Source of the DNA: Octopus sinensis
Taxonomy: Eukaryota
Direction of reading: 5' to 3'
Length of the DNA: 64,000 bases
Assembly (NCBI RefSeq): GCF_006345805.1
Contig: NC_043002.1
Location: 112,220,001 to 112,284,000, forward strand
Shown here: positions 25,971 to 39,684 of the stretch, piece by piece
Position numbering within the stretch: position 1 is the first letter of the stretch
How the letters are laid out: every line of letters begins with the position of its first letter
Notes under the pieces: generated by a model
Databases searched by the model: none
What the model saw: only the letters and a program-made list of their open reading frames with translations
Told to the model about the DNA's origin: nothing
Made by a program: the position numbers and the translations under genes

Positions 25971-26015
25971 CAATTTTGTAATATGCACTGGTATTTATAT
26001 AATTATTTTAACCAT

Positions 26016-26434
26016 AGGCGCACGAGGTGCTGTGTGGTAAGTAGCTTGCTAACCAACCACATGGTTCTGGGTTCAGTCCCACTGCGTGGCATCTTGGGCA
26101 AGTGTCTTCTGCTATAGCCCGGGCCGACCAATGCCTTGTGAGTGGATTTGGTAGACGGAAACTGAAAGAAGCCTGTCGTATATATGTATATATATATATA
26201 TATATGTGTGTTTGTGTGTCTGTGTTTGTCCCTCTAACATTGCTTGACAAACGATGCTGGTGTGTTTATGTCCCCGTTACTTAGCGGTTCGGCAAAAGAG
26301 ACCGATAGAATAAGTACTGGGCTTACAAAAGAATAAGTCCCGGGGTCGAGTTGCTCGACTAAAGGCGGTGCTCCAGCATGGCCGCAGTCAAATGACTGAA
26401 ACAAGTAAAAGTAAAAGAGTAAAAAAGAGTAAAG
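26016..26434 (+). mobile_element. SINE family A, full length
   Basis: Colinear with 24331-24761. Confidence 0.95.
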
Positions 26435-27164
26435 ATACTGTAGTGATTTGAAATTGAAACCGTAAGAGAGATAGTGTATTGAATTTACTTCGACGATTTA
26501 CTGTCTCGCCCGGCTAAATCACCATTGCCGTACAGACACTTACACATGGACGCAAGCGTGCAACAGCCGTGTCTACTGATACACTTATATATATAGGTGC
26601 ATACATACAACAGCCATGCACACACATCTATCATCAGACTGGCGCTTGCTCAAAAACACACTCATTAAAAATGTTTGTGCATGTATGTGCGTACAATTCA
26701 CACGTATATGTTTATATATATATATGAACAAATAGATAGCTATGTACATACGTAATTAGATAAAAGAAAAAAATCTAATCAAAGCTTAAATGTAATTAAT
26801 TTATTACAAAACATCAAAAACGCTAAAATTCAATGTATACCCAAAGCCTCTATCTACCCTTTTTCTTCTATTCTTTTTACTCATGTTTTTTTATTGCCCC
26901 TTCCATTCTCTCACTCATCGATAAATGATCGATCTGTTGATCTATCGATCTGTTCATTCTAACATATATAAAGGCATATGTTCCTAATTTCTCGCATCAA
27001 ATGCGTTTGTTTATATGCATGTATGCATGTGTGCATAAATGAGTGTCTGTCAGTGAGTGTACATACACAACAAACATACACACGAGCATATCTATTTATT
27101 TTGTCTGTTGGCGTATACACACAAACACACATTCAGTGTCTGTGCGTCGGTTTGTGTATTGTCT

Positions 27165-27191
27165 ACTACGATACATACATACATACATGCA

Positions 27192-27222
<31 letters not shown>

Positions 27223-27512
27223 TTACACACACACACACATATATATATATATACATACATACATTCATGCATCCATCCATACACATATACATACATGCAT
27301 ACATACATACATATATTCATATATATATATATATTTACATATATATATATACATACATATATTCATATAGATATATTTACATATATATATATACATACAT
27401 ACATTCATACACCCATCCATACACATATACATACATGCATACATACATACATGCATACATACATACATACATACACACACACATACATACATACATACAT
27501 ACATACATACAT
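27165..27512. repeat. (TACA)n/(TA)n microsatellite
   Basis: Directly visible. Confidence 0.95.
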
Positions 27513-27858
27513 AGGCACTCTCGCATAATTATGCATACATACACTTATGATAAGTACTGTAGATTAGAGTTGTTTAAACAAACCAATTATTTCGACTCTT
27601 ATATCTCTCTTTTTAACTGGTGCCTTTAGTATCTTCAGATCCTCCCAGACAAAGGGATAAAGTCATCTGGATAAATTTTTATGTAGTTGTTGCTGTTTCC
27701 TTTTTCTTTCTTTTTGCACTTTTCTTTGTCATTTTTCAACTTTTCTGTTTGATGTAGTTTTGAAGAATAACATAGGCAAGCGGGATTTTCATGTATATGC
27801 GTTTCTAAGGAAGTAGTTCGGGTAAACTGATTAATATGTGAAAAATGTTCTGTTCCAG

Positions 27859-27924
27859 GCCAAACGGGACTATGTACAGTTATAATCAAAGGCATTCCAG
27901 CCGTAAACATCACGTTTTTCTTTC
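27859..27924 (+). CDS. Candidate 66-nt host exon (unidentified)
   Basis: TGTTCTGTTCCAG acceptor and GTATGT donor; two frames are open across it. Confidence 0.2.
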
Positions 27925-28214
27925 GTATGTCTAGAATCCGTTGTTCAATGTACCCTTCCATTTCAAGTTGGTATGCTGTGATTTAAGGAAAATATGGCTG
28001 TTGTGTCTAACTTGAGGAGTGACTGATCCTTAGAAGCTCCTTCATTGACTTAAACACAGCCGTGAACGAAGGAATTCTAATGAAATGAAATCACCCCAGT
28101 GGTGAAGAGAAGGAGGCTTGGATAACAGTGATACGTTGTTATCAAAAGAGACAAGGAAGACAACCTTGAAATTTTAAGTAATCAAATTTAATTAAGGTTC
28201 AGTGTAGATAATTT

Positions 28215-28424
28215 TACTCTTTTACTTGTTTCAGTCATTTGACTGCGGCCATGCTGGAGCACCGCCTTTAGTCGAGCAAATCGACCCTGGGACTTATTCT
28301 TTGTAAGCCCAGTACTTATTCTATCGGTCACTTTTTGCCGAACCGCTAGGTGACGGGGACGTAAACACACCAGCATCGGTGTCAAGCAATGCTAGGGGGG
28401 ACAAACACAGACACACAAACATAT

Positions 28425-28460
<36 letters not shown>

Positions 28461-28631
28461 ATATATACGACGGGCTTCTTTCAGTTTCCGTCTACCAAAT
28501 CCACTCACAAGGCATTGGTCGGCCTGGGGCTATAGTAGAAGACACTTGCCCAAGATGCCACGCAGTGGGACTGAACCCAGAACCATGTGGTTGGTAAGCA
28601 AGCTACTTACCACACAGCCACTCCTGCGCCT
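28215..28631 (-). mobile_element. SINE family A, full length
   Basis: Colinear with other copies. Confidence 0.95.
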
Positions 28632-29288
28632 AATCTTAACAAATCTTTCTTTCTCGTTATCATGCCACGAAAAATCTATGCATCTTTCAAATCATCTTCG
28701 TAAGGAAACATTGGTTAAAAACAATAATAAAGACTTCGATGATGGGCGAATTAAGAAAAAAGCGAGAATGTGGAAAAACGTCGCAGGGGGAAAATGACAC
28801 GAGGAAAAGCACCATAGGAAAATGGTACTGGACGAAAGTCACAGAAGGAGAAAAAGGCAAATAAAACTGCGTAAAATATTATTAAACGACTGATTTAACA
28901 GAAATGCCTATAAAACTTTGGAGTATGTGTGCACTTAGTAAATACATATTTAGTCTCGCTGTAAAAAAAATACAGTATTTAAACCCACAGGTTTATCTCT
29001 AAGTGACCAAGAACATGTAGTTTATAACTCTTTAGAGAATATGAACACCCGGACAGAACCAAAAGGCAAAGATTTGGTAAAAGAAATTCATTAACAAATA
29101 GAAGTAATAAATAGGAATGTAAAGTAACCTTACGAGCACGAGTGTGTTTTAGTAAGCACACATTTAACTTCAATATAAAAATGTAGACACAACGGAGTTT
29201 ACTTTTTCATTTCGAGCTAAGCCTAGAACACGAGTTCACAAGATTACATGTCAACTGAACCCAATGTTGTGCTGTACTTGCAGTTCTT

Positions 29289-29427
29289 ATGTATGTATGT
29301 ATGTATGTATGTATGTATGTATGAATGTATGTATGTATGTATGTATGCATGCATGTATGTATGTATGTATGAATGTGTGTATGTATGTATATATGTATGT
29401 ATGTATGCATGTATGTATGTGTGTTCA

Positions 29428-29481
<54 letters not shown>

Positions 29482-29492
29482 ATATATATATG
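29289..29492. repeat. (TATG)n/(TA)n microsatellite
   Basis: Directly visible. Confidence 0.95.
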
Positions 29493-29974
29493 TAGGTCCG
29501 GGTTGAGTCGGGGTTAACCACAGTAAATAAGGTACTCAATACATAGCAGAGTACTCAAAATAAAAAAAAAAATATATATATATATACTTGTGTGTTCATA
29601 TAATATGCGTGTGTATTCATGCGTGCGTGTTTGCGTGTGTACTGTAATAAAATGATCCCAGTTTTGTGTAGTGCTCCCAGTACTTATATATTTGTATGCA
29701 TGTATGTATGTATGAATGTATATGTATATGCAAATATATATATATATATATATATGCTTTTGTGCTTATATAATATGTGTGCGCGTGTGTGTGCGTGCAA
29801 TAATAAAATGTTAAAGTGTGTTTAGGGTCCTATTAGACTGCGGTTTATCCCGGTTTTCTTGGTGTTTAAGTTAGAGGCTACAACCCCCATTGCCTGAACG
29901 CGATACCAGTCTGTGACAGGCTTATTCCACCCACTGGTACTCGGTACTTATTTTCAGGTTAGTAATGTGAAATA

Positions 29975-30361
29975 GGAGGCGCAATGGCCCAGTGGTTAGG
30001 GCAGCGGACTCGCGGTCATAGGATCGCGGTTTCGATTCCCAGACCGGGCGTTGTGAGTGTTTATTGAGCGAAAACACCTAAAAGCTCCACGAGGCTCCGG
30101 CAGGGGATGGTGGTGATCCCTGCTGTACTCTTTCACCACAACTTTCTCTCACTCTTACTTCCTGTCTCTGTTGTACCTGTATTTCAAGGGGCCGGCCTTG
30201 CCACTCTCTGTATCACGCTGAATATCCCCGAGAACTACGTTAAGGGTACACGTGTCTGTGGAGTGCTCAGCCACTTACACGTTAATTTCACGAGCAGGCT
30301 GTTCCGTTGATTTGGATCAACCGGAACACTCGTCGTCGTAACCGACGGAGTGCTTCCATCC
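29975..30361 (+). mobile_element. SINE family B, full length
   Basis: 11-bp TSD AATGTGAAATA at 29964-29974 and 30362-30372. Confidence 0.95.
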
Positions 30362-30706
30362 AATGTGAAATAAAATGATGTGTTTTGCTGAAGGACATAA
30401 CGCATCGAAGGATCGAATTCCCGACCTCATGGTTATATGCCCACAACATTAACCACAAGTCTTACACGACTTCTGCATGCATATATGCATGTGCGTGTGT
30501 GTGTGTGTTGCGCGTACTTTTAGATGTGTGCTCACATTTCTAGAATATATGTGTGTGCGTGTTCGTTTTCTAGCCCGTGTTTCAGTGTGTAAGTTTCATG
30601 AAGTTTGTAAACGTGCATCAACTATTCAACAGATTGAGTAACATTTCTTTCATAATTTGCAAGACCTAGTTTTATCGGACAGTGGCGCTGCAATGACAAA
30701 ATACGT

Positions 30707-31101
30707 AGGCGTAGGAGTGGCTGTGTGGTAAGTAGCTTGTTTACCAGCCACATGGTTCCGGGTTCAGTCCCACTGCGTGGCACCTTGGGCAAGTGTCTTC
30801 TTCTATAGCCTCGGGCCGACCAAAGCCTTGTGAGTGGATTTGGTAGACGGAAACTGAAAGAAGCCCGTCGTATATATGTATATATATATGGGTACATGTG
30901 TATTTGTATGTCTGTGTTTGTCCCCCTAGCATTGCTTGACAACCGGTGCTGGTGTGTTTATGTCCCCGTTACCTAGCGGTTCGGCAAAAGAGACTGGGCT
31001 TACAAAAGAATAAGTCCCGGGGTCAAGTTGCTCGATTAAAAGGCGGTGCTCCAGCATGGCCGCAGTCAAATGACTGAAACAAGTAAAAGAGTAAAAGAGT
31101 A
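30707..31101 (+). mobile_element. SINE family A, full length
   Basis: Colinear; flanked by a ~35-bp imperfect duplication. Confidence 0.95.
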
Positions 31102-31467
31102 TCTAGTTTTATCGGACAGTACAGTACATGGACAGTGGCGCTACAATGACAAATCCGCTGCACCAACTGTTGCTGCTGTTATTGTATCAGCAGCGGACAC
31201 TTAATGCTGCAAAAACTGTGCATGCGATATGAATGCAGGCTAACATAAAAATCACTATCTTTCCACAATGCAAGCCTTAGCAATGAGTCATATAAATTGA
31301 GCTGGTCGTGGTTGTGATTGTAATAATTATGGTGGTGTTTATGATAGTAATAGTAGTAGTAGTAGTAGTACTAATCGTTGGGGGTGACAATAATGCTATA
31401 CTAGCGGTTATACTAATAGTCTAAAGAAAGCGATGGGTTTAATGATGGTCAAAAGGCTTGATGTAGT

Positions 31468-31830
<363 letters not shown>

Positions 31831-32431
31831 TTTTCTTCCTCATTATCCCAGTACAATAGTATATGTAATCCAAAGGAAGAAGAGTTAAACAGAGTAACTG
31901 AAAAAAAAACAATTGCATTATATGCAGCAAATCGAATGAATAGGCAGGATAAAACTATTCATATATAATGTAATAAAGTAATAAAAAATAAGAATAATGA
32001 AGCTATATATATATATATATATATTTCGAAATTAATTGTCCTAATTTCTATACTGAATACATCTGAGGAAATAATGAGGCCGATTGACCTAGTAGGACAC
32101 TTAGTTCCAAGTCAAATCCTCTCAATATGCACACCAGCCCACCTTTTATCCAGACTTAGTGCATCCAGAACTAACATAATCCAATGACTCTCTAAGTCAG
32201 TAGGGTATGAGTTTCCCCAAATTCACTTCTTTTCAGGCTATAGCTTCAAAACTTGTCCAATTAGGAGCAAAAATATATAAGCTGGTTAAAGATGGTTTTA
32301 AAATAGTTCTTCAGAGATGTTCTCTCTCTTACTAATATTGAATGCAGTGTTCGCGTTCGCTGGGTGGTTATCGTTCATCACAGAGTATTTTATTTTATTC
32401 CAGTCTCAAATGACTATAACAGATTTGTCCT

Positions 32432-32770
32432 GCTCAGTGGCTCAGTGGTTAGAGCGTCGAGCTTACGATCGTGAGGTTGTGAGCTCGAATCCCGGACCGG
32501 GCTGCGTGTTGTGTTCTTGAGCAAGACACTTTATTTCACGTTGCTCCAGTCCACTCAGCTGTAGAAATGAGTTGCGACGTCACAGGTGCCAAGCTGTATC
32601 GACCTTTGTCTTTCCCTTGGATAACACTGGTGGCGTGGAGAGGGGAGGCTGGTATGCATGGGCGACTGCTGGTCTGCCATAAAACAACCTTGCCCAGACT
32701 TGTGCCTCAGAGGGTAACTCTCTAGGTGCAAACCCATGGTAAGTTTCTGACCGAAGGGGGTCACCACCAC
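32432..32770 (+). mobile_element. tRNA-derived SINE family E
   Basis: A-box TGGCTCAGTGG, B-box GAGCTCGAATCCC, central TTCTTGAGCAAGACACTT...CCACTCAGCTG segment resembling conserved SINE core domains. Confidence 0.8.
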
Positions 32771-33275
32771 CATTAAGCAGATTACTGTGAGAACGCCCAC
32801 TTATATTCCTTATGTTTGAAAGTTTAAATACACTTTGCACGAAAATTATTTTTAAAAATCTGTCCCTTATTTTATAGTGTTTTCCTAACAACTTTATCCT
32901 TTGTATAAAGCTAATGCTCTATTTCATTCTGGAACCTCTGCTGGTCAAACGATTAATACTTCCCACTGATATGTAGCATAATCATCATTTCTAAATGTGA
33001 CATAATTTAAGGATACGAATCCAAGAACAGCACAATTCTTGAAACAATTGATATGATTCTCAAGTTTCCTGCGAATATACCCATGCATAACCTTTTTGGA
33101 CGATGTAGAATGTTTCTTGAAGCATTTTTGACATAATTTTGAGATCGAACGCAATATCTTCACTCCCGATCAGAAATGTGTTGTTTTCTTCACTTTCGAA
33201 GAAATGATTAATGTATTAATTACTGTTGTCTTTGATTTGATGCTATCTGAGTGAAATCATGCAACACCCGGGGGC

Positions 33276-33659
33276 TATTCTTTACTTGTTTCAGTCATTT
33301 GACTGCGGCTATGCTGGAGCACCGCCTTTAATCGAGCAACTCGACCCCGGGACTTATTCTTTTGTAAGCCCAGTACTTATTCTATCGGTCTCTTTTGCCG
33401 AACCGCTAAGTGACGGGGACGTAAACACACCAGCATCGGTTGTCAAGCAATGCTAGGAGGACAAACACAGACACAAACACACACACGCATATATACGACG
33501 GGCTTCTTTCAGTTTCCGTCTACCAAATCCACTCACAAGGCTTTGGTCGGCCCGAGGCTATAGTAGAAGACACTTGCCTAAGGTGCCACGCAGTGGGACT
33601 GAACCCGGAACCATGTGGTTGGTAAACAAGCTACCTACCACACAGCCACTCCTACGCCT
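33276..33659 (-). mobile_element. SINE family A, full length
   Basis: Colinear with other copies. Confidence 0.95.
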
Positions 33660-33692
33660 ATCTGGATTAATCTTAAGTCTTTTCCTTCATTT

Positions 33693-34029
33693 TCATATCC
33701 TGAGATATTTGATATCGCAATTTCTGTGGAATCTTCTATCTGACATCAGGATCGTGTAAGTCTTAAACAGCAATGAAACCTCTTCTACATTTCTGTCAAG
33801 TGTCCCCGTTGCTGGTATCATTACTGACATAGAATAGCCAGGTATTTGTAGAATTCTCGGTGTGAAGCCAGGATGATCATTGATATCAACTTTTTTTTAT
33901 TGTAAAGAGTGATTTTCCCGCGTAACATAATGAAAATGTTATTAAATCAACTGTTTTTGCACCATTGTCGATATTTCTATTGGCAAGCAATTTATAAGTT
34001 ACTTTAACATTTCTTCTGATTGTAGACCC
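33693..34029 (-). pseudogene. Candidate exon or pseudo-exon with one homopolymer frameshift (unidentified)
   Basis: Acceptor TTTTCTTTATATTGTTAG; ~112 open codons if the A8 run at ~33891-33898 is read as A7; contains VDINDHP. Confidence 0.25.
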
Positions 34030-34213
34030 TAACAATATAAAGAAAATTATTGGATATTGTGTCAAATAAATAGAACAGCAGGATTTCTCACTGGAATATT
34101 CATTTCAGTTTATCTATAACAAGTGAGAATTTTCGTTGTGTTGCCTGTTCAACTACTAGGGCGACAGGTGTAATTATGAATAGGGAAAGAAATCGAACAG
34201 CTTTTATTTGTTA

Positions 34214-34606
34214 CTAGCAGTATAGCCCGGCGTTGCTTGGGTTTGTAAGGGAAATAACTATATAAGCATTTTTAGAGATTTAAAGTATAATAGCCATCTC
34301 AATATGGTTAACCACAAAGGTGGGGTGTTACTGTAGCTTTTTACGTTCTGAGATTTAATAATAAATTTTTAGAGAGTTACTTCCCTTATATATGCCAAAA
34401 ATGCATTAAAAATGGGAAAGAAATGATGGTAATTTTTTTTTAAATCGTAGACTCATTGTAGACGCGCGCTAATACCCATAAGGGCTCGATATGAATCACG
34501 ACTATAAGATACCCGGTTTTGGTTAAACTGCACCGCAAAATGTGGGAGTAGTTAGGAATCTAAATCGTAGGAGACAGACACACAACCTTACTTTTATATA
34601 TAAAGA
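34214..34606 (-). mobile_element. Complete non-autonomous Helitron
   Basis: On the minus strand it starts A|TC and ends CTAG|T, with a subterminal GC hairpin and no TSD. Confidence 0.85.
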
Positions 34607-35083
34607 TATTTGCACATTTTTTTATAGTGCCTTAATTTTACATCAGCTTTATTAATTAAAATGTTGTTCAGTACATCTCTACCTACACTTACTTTTTTCT
34701 GCGTATCTTAAACTTTTTTGTTGGATTGGCAAATAATCTTCGAAGAATTGCTTTAAATAGCTGGTGCACGGCTTAAACATATTGTTTAACCAAGCACTAA
34801 ATCTTCAGTTTTCTGAAAAATAGAATTTTCATTCTAGGGTACAAAATATTCCTGTGATACAAGCCGGTTTGGTATTTTAATTTGATCCTCCATAGATCCT
34901 GTAATCATACACGTGAGTAATCTTCTGTAGAATGTAAAAGACTTTTAGCAATCACCAGCTGTTACCTCCATTTTTCTGGTGTCGTTGCATTGTGCAGCTT
35001 AGTTTTAGTGAAAGTTTTAGAGATAATAGTGCAAGCTTAACCTTTGCTATTGGTCAATAAATATCCATACGCATACATGAAAA

Positions 35084-35121
<38 letters not shown>

Positions 35122-35123
<2 letters not shown>

Positions 35124-35265
35124 GACGGGCTTCTCTCAGTTCCCGTCTACCAAATGCTCATAAGACTTTCGTCGGTCCGGAGCTTTCGTAGAAAACACTT
35201 GCCGAAGGTGACACGCAGTGGGACTAACCCGGGAACCACGTGGCTGGAAAGCAAGTTTCTTACCA
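35122..35265 (-). mobile_element. SINE family A 5' fragment, old
   Basis: CACGCAGTGGGACT...GGAACCAC motifs. Confidence 0.7.
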
Positions 35266-35301
35266 GACAGATACTTCTAAGTATATGTACATACATATGC
35301 A

Positions 35302-35379
<78 letters not shown>

Positions 35380-35569
35380 TATACATACATATATATATAT
35401 ACCGGTGTAAACACATAAATGTGAAACAAGGTGGAAAAAGAGTACTCAAATACCAGTGGTAGAGTAGTATATGCTTTATTTGTTTGCTAGCAAAAATTGT
35501 CCGATGAACGGCAACGGGAAACTCAGAGTAACAGGTTTTGTTGAATTTTCTGCTGCTTTAAATAAAGTA

Positions 35570-35607
<38 letters not shown>

Positions 35608-35814
35608 GTGTATTCCGTTAGGAACGTATTAGAGTACAAAGTAGTTCACCCTTATAATTATCAACTAGCCGGTAGTATTACGGTATACTTCCAAGTCTAG
35701 GTTTAGACATTCATCGTGTGAGGCAGCTATTTAATAAACTCTACACGTGTAGGGTTTATGAAATAGCTGTCTAAACGTAGTCATTCCTGACTCTATTTAT
35801 TCAATGCTATCTAT

Positions 35815-35844
35815 CAATCAGTCAATCAATCAATCAATCAATCA

Positions 35845-35918
<74 letters not shown>

Positions 35919-35971
35919 AATATATATATATATAATATATATATTACCATATATCTATCTAGCTTTCTATC

Positions 35972-36044
<73 letters not shown>

Positions 36045-36046
36045 AC

Positions 36047-36091
<45 letters not shown>

Positions 36092-36130
36092 ATAATATAT
36101 ATATATATACCTATATCTATCTATCTATCT

Positions 36131-36167
<37 letters not shown>

Positions 36168-36325
36168 ATCTATCTACTTTCTATCTATCTATCTATCTAT
36201 CATCTATCTATCTATCTATCTATCTCTCTCTCTCTCCTCTCTCCTACTATATAATATATATATATATATATATATATTATAATAGATATATTACCTATCT
36301 ATCTATCTATCTATCTATCTTCTAT
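35815..36325. repeat. (TCTA)n/(TA)n microsatellite
   Basis: Directly visible. Confidence 0.96.
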
Positions 36326-36461
36326 ATACGTATATTGAGTTCTACACCAGAGAATTAGACTTGCTATGCCGAAGCGAAATATCAATATCAATATCAATAT
36401 ATATATGTATGTATATTATCATATATATATATATATATATATATGGGTGTGGTGTGTGTGG

Positions 36462-36507
<46 letters not shown>

Positions 36508-36758
36508 TGTTGGTTCTTTGTCCTGTTTTATTCTTTATGTGTACTGTATTTTTTTGTATTTGTATTTTTATTTTGTATTTGTATTTTTATTTGTATTGCT
36601 TTCACGTCCTGTTCTTGTCACATTTTTTCTTTCCTTGTTTTTACCCCTCTGCAAAGGAATTTTATTTGATTCCTTTGCAGGAAGGACCATATATATATAT
36701 GCATGTAGATGTAGGTACGTACATATATGTATGTATGTATGCATATATTTTATTTATT

Positions 36759-36791
<33 letters not shown>

Positions 36792-37281
36792 AATTCGCAG
36801 ACGTAATTTTTATTGCATCTCAAACTATATCGTGGTTTTAGAAACAGAATGTTTTATAATGCAGTTCCATAATCAAAATATGGAAATATTAATGGTTTAT
36901 TGTAAGAAAAGAAGAGACTTATTATGGAAGAGATATTTTCGCTTTCACGTCAAGTGCTTTTGACTTCGTCAGTGTTTTTAGAAACGCTTGAGTACCACAT
37001 CTTTACTTTCACTTTCGTTTTGAGACAGTCAAAGTCTCATAAGAATATAAATGGGCGAAAAATTAGTATTTGTCTGTGTGTGCGCAGAAGTGTGTGCGTG
37101 CGTGGCTTTGTGTGTGTGTGTGTGTGTCTGTGTGTGTGTGTGCGTGTGTGTGTGATAGTGAATGTGTGTGTGTGTGTGTGTTTGTGAACGCATCTTTTCA
37201 CGAACAAGATAAAGCATTCAGAGAAAGGAAAAAGGAATAACTATGGGAGAGGGATTGATTGGGGGAAAAGAAACGGGAGAG

Positions 37282-37316
<35 letters not shown>

Positions 37317-37780
37317 GAGAATGGAATGAGTGAAAAATGACGAACTGCGATAATTACAGACTATTAGATAAAAATCAAAGAAACGGAAAAAGAAAGAAAG
37401 GAAAGGTATTGGAAGAGAGAAGTAGGAGTTATGTTTGCAAAGGGAGTCACGAACGAACAAACCAGCATATGGCTAAGGTAAAAAGAGGAGCAGGAACAGG
37501 AGAATTAGCAGGTAGGATTAGAGGAAAGGGGGCAGCAGCAGCGCTTGTGTGGGAGTGTTTCTCAGCTTGTCTATTTGTCTGTCTGTCTGTCATTCTATTG
37601 ATGTATGCAATTATGTGTCAGCTGAGTAAAAAGTTCATTGATAAATCCTCTCGTGCGTTCCAAGCGTTTCTACCCACGCGCGGCGCACATTACACTCAGC
37701 CAACGAGGAGAAAGAAGATCCCCATGTCATCGCACAACATGCTAGAAATAGCAGTCAAATCTTTCTCAACCAAACTCTAT

Positions 37781-38182
37781 TACTCTTTACTCTTTTACTT
37801 GTTTCAGTCATTTGACTGCGGCCATGCTGAGCACCGCCTTTAGTCGAGCAAATCGACCCCGGGACTTATTCTTTGTAAGCCCAGTACTTATTCTATCGGT
37901 TTCTTTTTGCCGAACCGCTAAGTGACGGGGACGGTAAACACACCAGCATCGGTTGTCAAACAATGCTAGGGGACAAACACAGACACACAAACATATACAC
38001 ACACATATATATATACATATATACGACGGGCTTCTTTCAGTTTCCGTCTACCAAATCCACTCACAAGGCATTGGTCGGCCCGGGGCTATAGTAGAAGACA
38101 CTTGCCCAAGGTGCCACGCAGTGGGACTGAACCCGGAACCATGTGGTTGGTAGGCAAGCTACTTACCACACAGCCACTCCTG
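37781..38182 (-). mobile_element. SINE family A, full length
   Basis: Colinear with other copies. Confidence 0.95.
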
Positions 38183-38598
38183 AATGCTAGTTTATAGTAG
38201 AATATATTATTTTGATAAGGACTATACAAACTCGCAGCTTATCAACAGATATATCAATACGCACGTACGTACATATATATACACACACGCTCACACACAT
38301 ACACACACTTACGTATATGTGTGTGTGTTTCTCTGTGCTTATGTGTGTGTGTGTGTGACCGTTGGACTTCGACACACTCTCCGCCACCTTAATTTCATTC
38401 CTATATTATTACTCAAATCGAGGATTTTATTGAGAACAAGTGTCCAAGGCTACCATCTGTGGGACCCAACCAGAAATGACATATATGCAAAAACCTACGT
38501 GTAAAGAAACTGACTAATGTTAACTTTTAATCGTATGTAGGCTAGTTCAATCTCAACCGAGTACTATCATTGTAATGATGTGTATTATTCAATATATA

Positions 38599-38829
38599 TT
38601 TCTTTACTACCCACAAGGGGCGAAACGCAGAGGGGACAAACAAGGACAGACAAACGGATTAAGTCGATTACATCGACCCCAGTGCGTAGCTGGTACTTAA
38701 TTTATCGACCCCGAAAGGATGAAAGGCAAAGTCGACCTCGGCGGGATTTTAAATCAGAACGTAACGGCAGACGAAATACCGCTTAGCATTTCGCCCGGCG
38801 TGCTAACGCTTCTGCCAGCTCGCCGCCTT
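38599..38829 (-). mobile_element. SINE family C, full length
   Basis: Reverse complement matches 19647-19872. Confidence 0.93.
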
Positions 38830-39176
38830 ATACAATAGGTGAGCTCATTGATAAAATACCTGAAAATATCTCGTGTTTTTAGTCATTCAACGAATATTAC
38901 ACTAACATAAAAATTTAGAATAGCCTATTTAGAAATGTCGATAATGAAACGACCATAAGAGCAGTGAAATGTCAGAAACATACACTAGTAGATTAGCAGA
39001 CTAAATGAGGTTCTGGGTTGATCCGAGTGTGTGGTATGCTGGGCGGGTTACTTTTCCATTGCCTCAGATCAACACAAAGTAGTTTGAGAGAATCTGACTA
39101 ATCGGAAACTGTTTGGAATATACATTATTTACATTATTTACATTTCGACGGATTTTGTCCTCATCTTGTTTGTTGT

Positions 39177-39223
39177 TAACACAACGTTTCGGCTGATATA
39201 CCATCCAGCCTTCAACAGGTGTC
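39177..39223 (-). ncRNA. Hammerhead ribozyme copy with mutated core
   Basis: Same layout as 39639-39684 but the core reads CUGUUGA. Confidence 0.55.
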
Positions 39224-39299
39224 TTGGGGAAGTTTCGAACCTGGGTTCTCATTCCTAAGGTATTTTTCGATGTTATTCTTGTTGTTGTTGTTGTTGTTG

Positions 39300-39389
<90 letters not shown>

Positions 39390-39454
39390 TCGGTGTAGCG
39401 GTTAAGAGCGCGGGCTACTAACCCCAAGATTCCGAGTTCGATTTCAGGCAGTGA

Positions 39455-39542
<88 letters not shown>

Positions 39543-39638
39543 TAATGATAATAATAATAATATAATAATAATAATAACAACAACAACAACATCGAAAAAT
39601 ACCTTAGGGATGAGAACCCTGGTTCGAGCCTTCCCCAA

Positions 39639-39684
39639 GACACCTGATGAAGGCTGGAGGGTACATCAGCCGAAACGTTGTGTT
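39639..39684 (+). ncRNA. Minimal type I hammerhead ribozyme motif
   Basis: Stem I GACAC/GUGUU, core CUGAUGA plus an extra A, stem II GGCUG/CAGCC, GAAA, palindromic stem III AACGUU, GUU cleavage triplet. Confidence 0.7.

Noticed and set aside
27635-27961. 108-aa minus-strand ORF
   Set aside because: The Lys-rich part is the antisense of a T/C tract; no recognisable domain.
35501-35528. Hammerhead-like CCGATGA...GAAAC
   Set aside because: The core reads CCGAUGA, stem II is only 2 bp with a register problem, and stem I does not close.
37741-37753. GCTAGAAATAGCA, identical to part of the Cas9 sgRNA scaffold
   Set aside because: A 13-mer only; it lies in a degenerate local repeat with related minus-strand versions near 20110 and 60255; no CRISPR context.
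39392-39452. tRNA gene call for tRNA-like heads (also 2379, 19647, 32432 and others)
   Set aside because: No complete cloverleaf or pol III terminator; each continues into a repeat body, so they are SINE heads.
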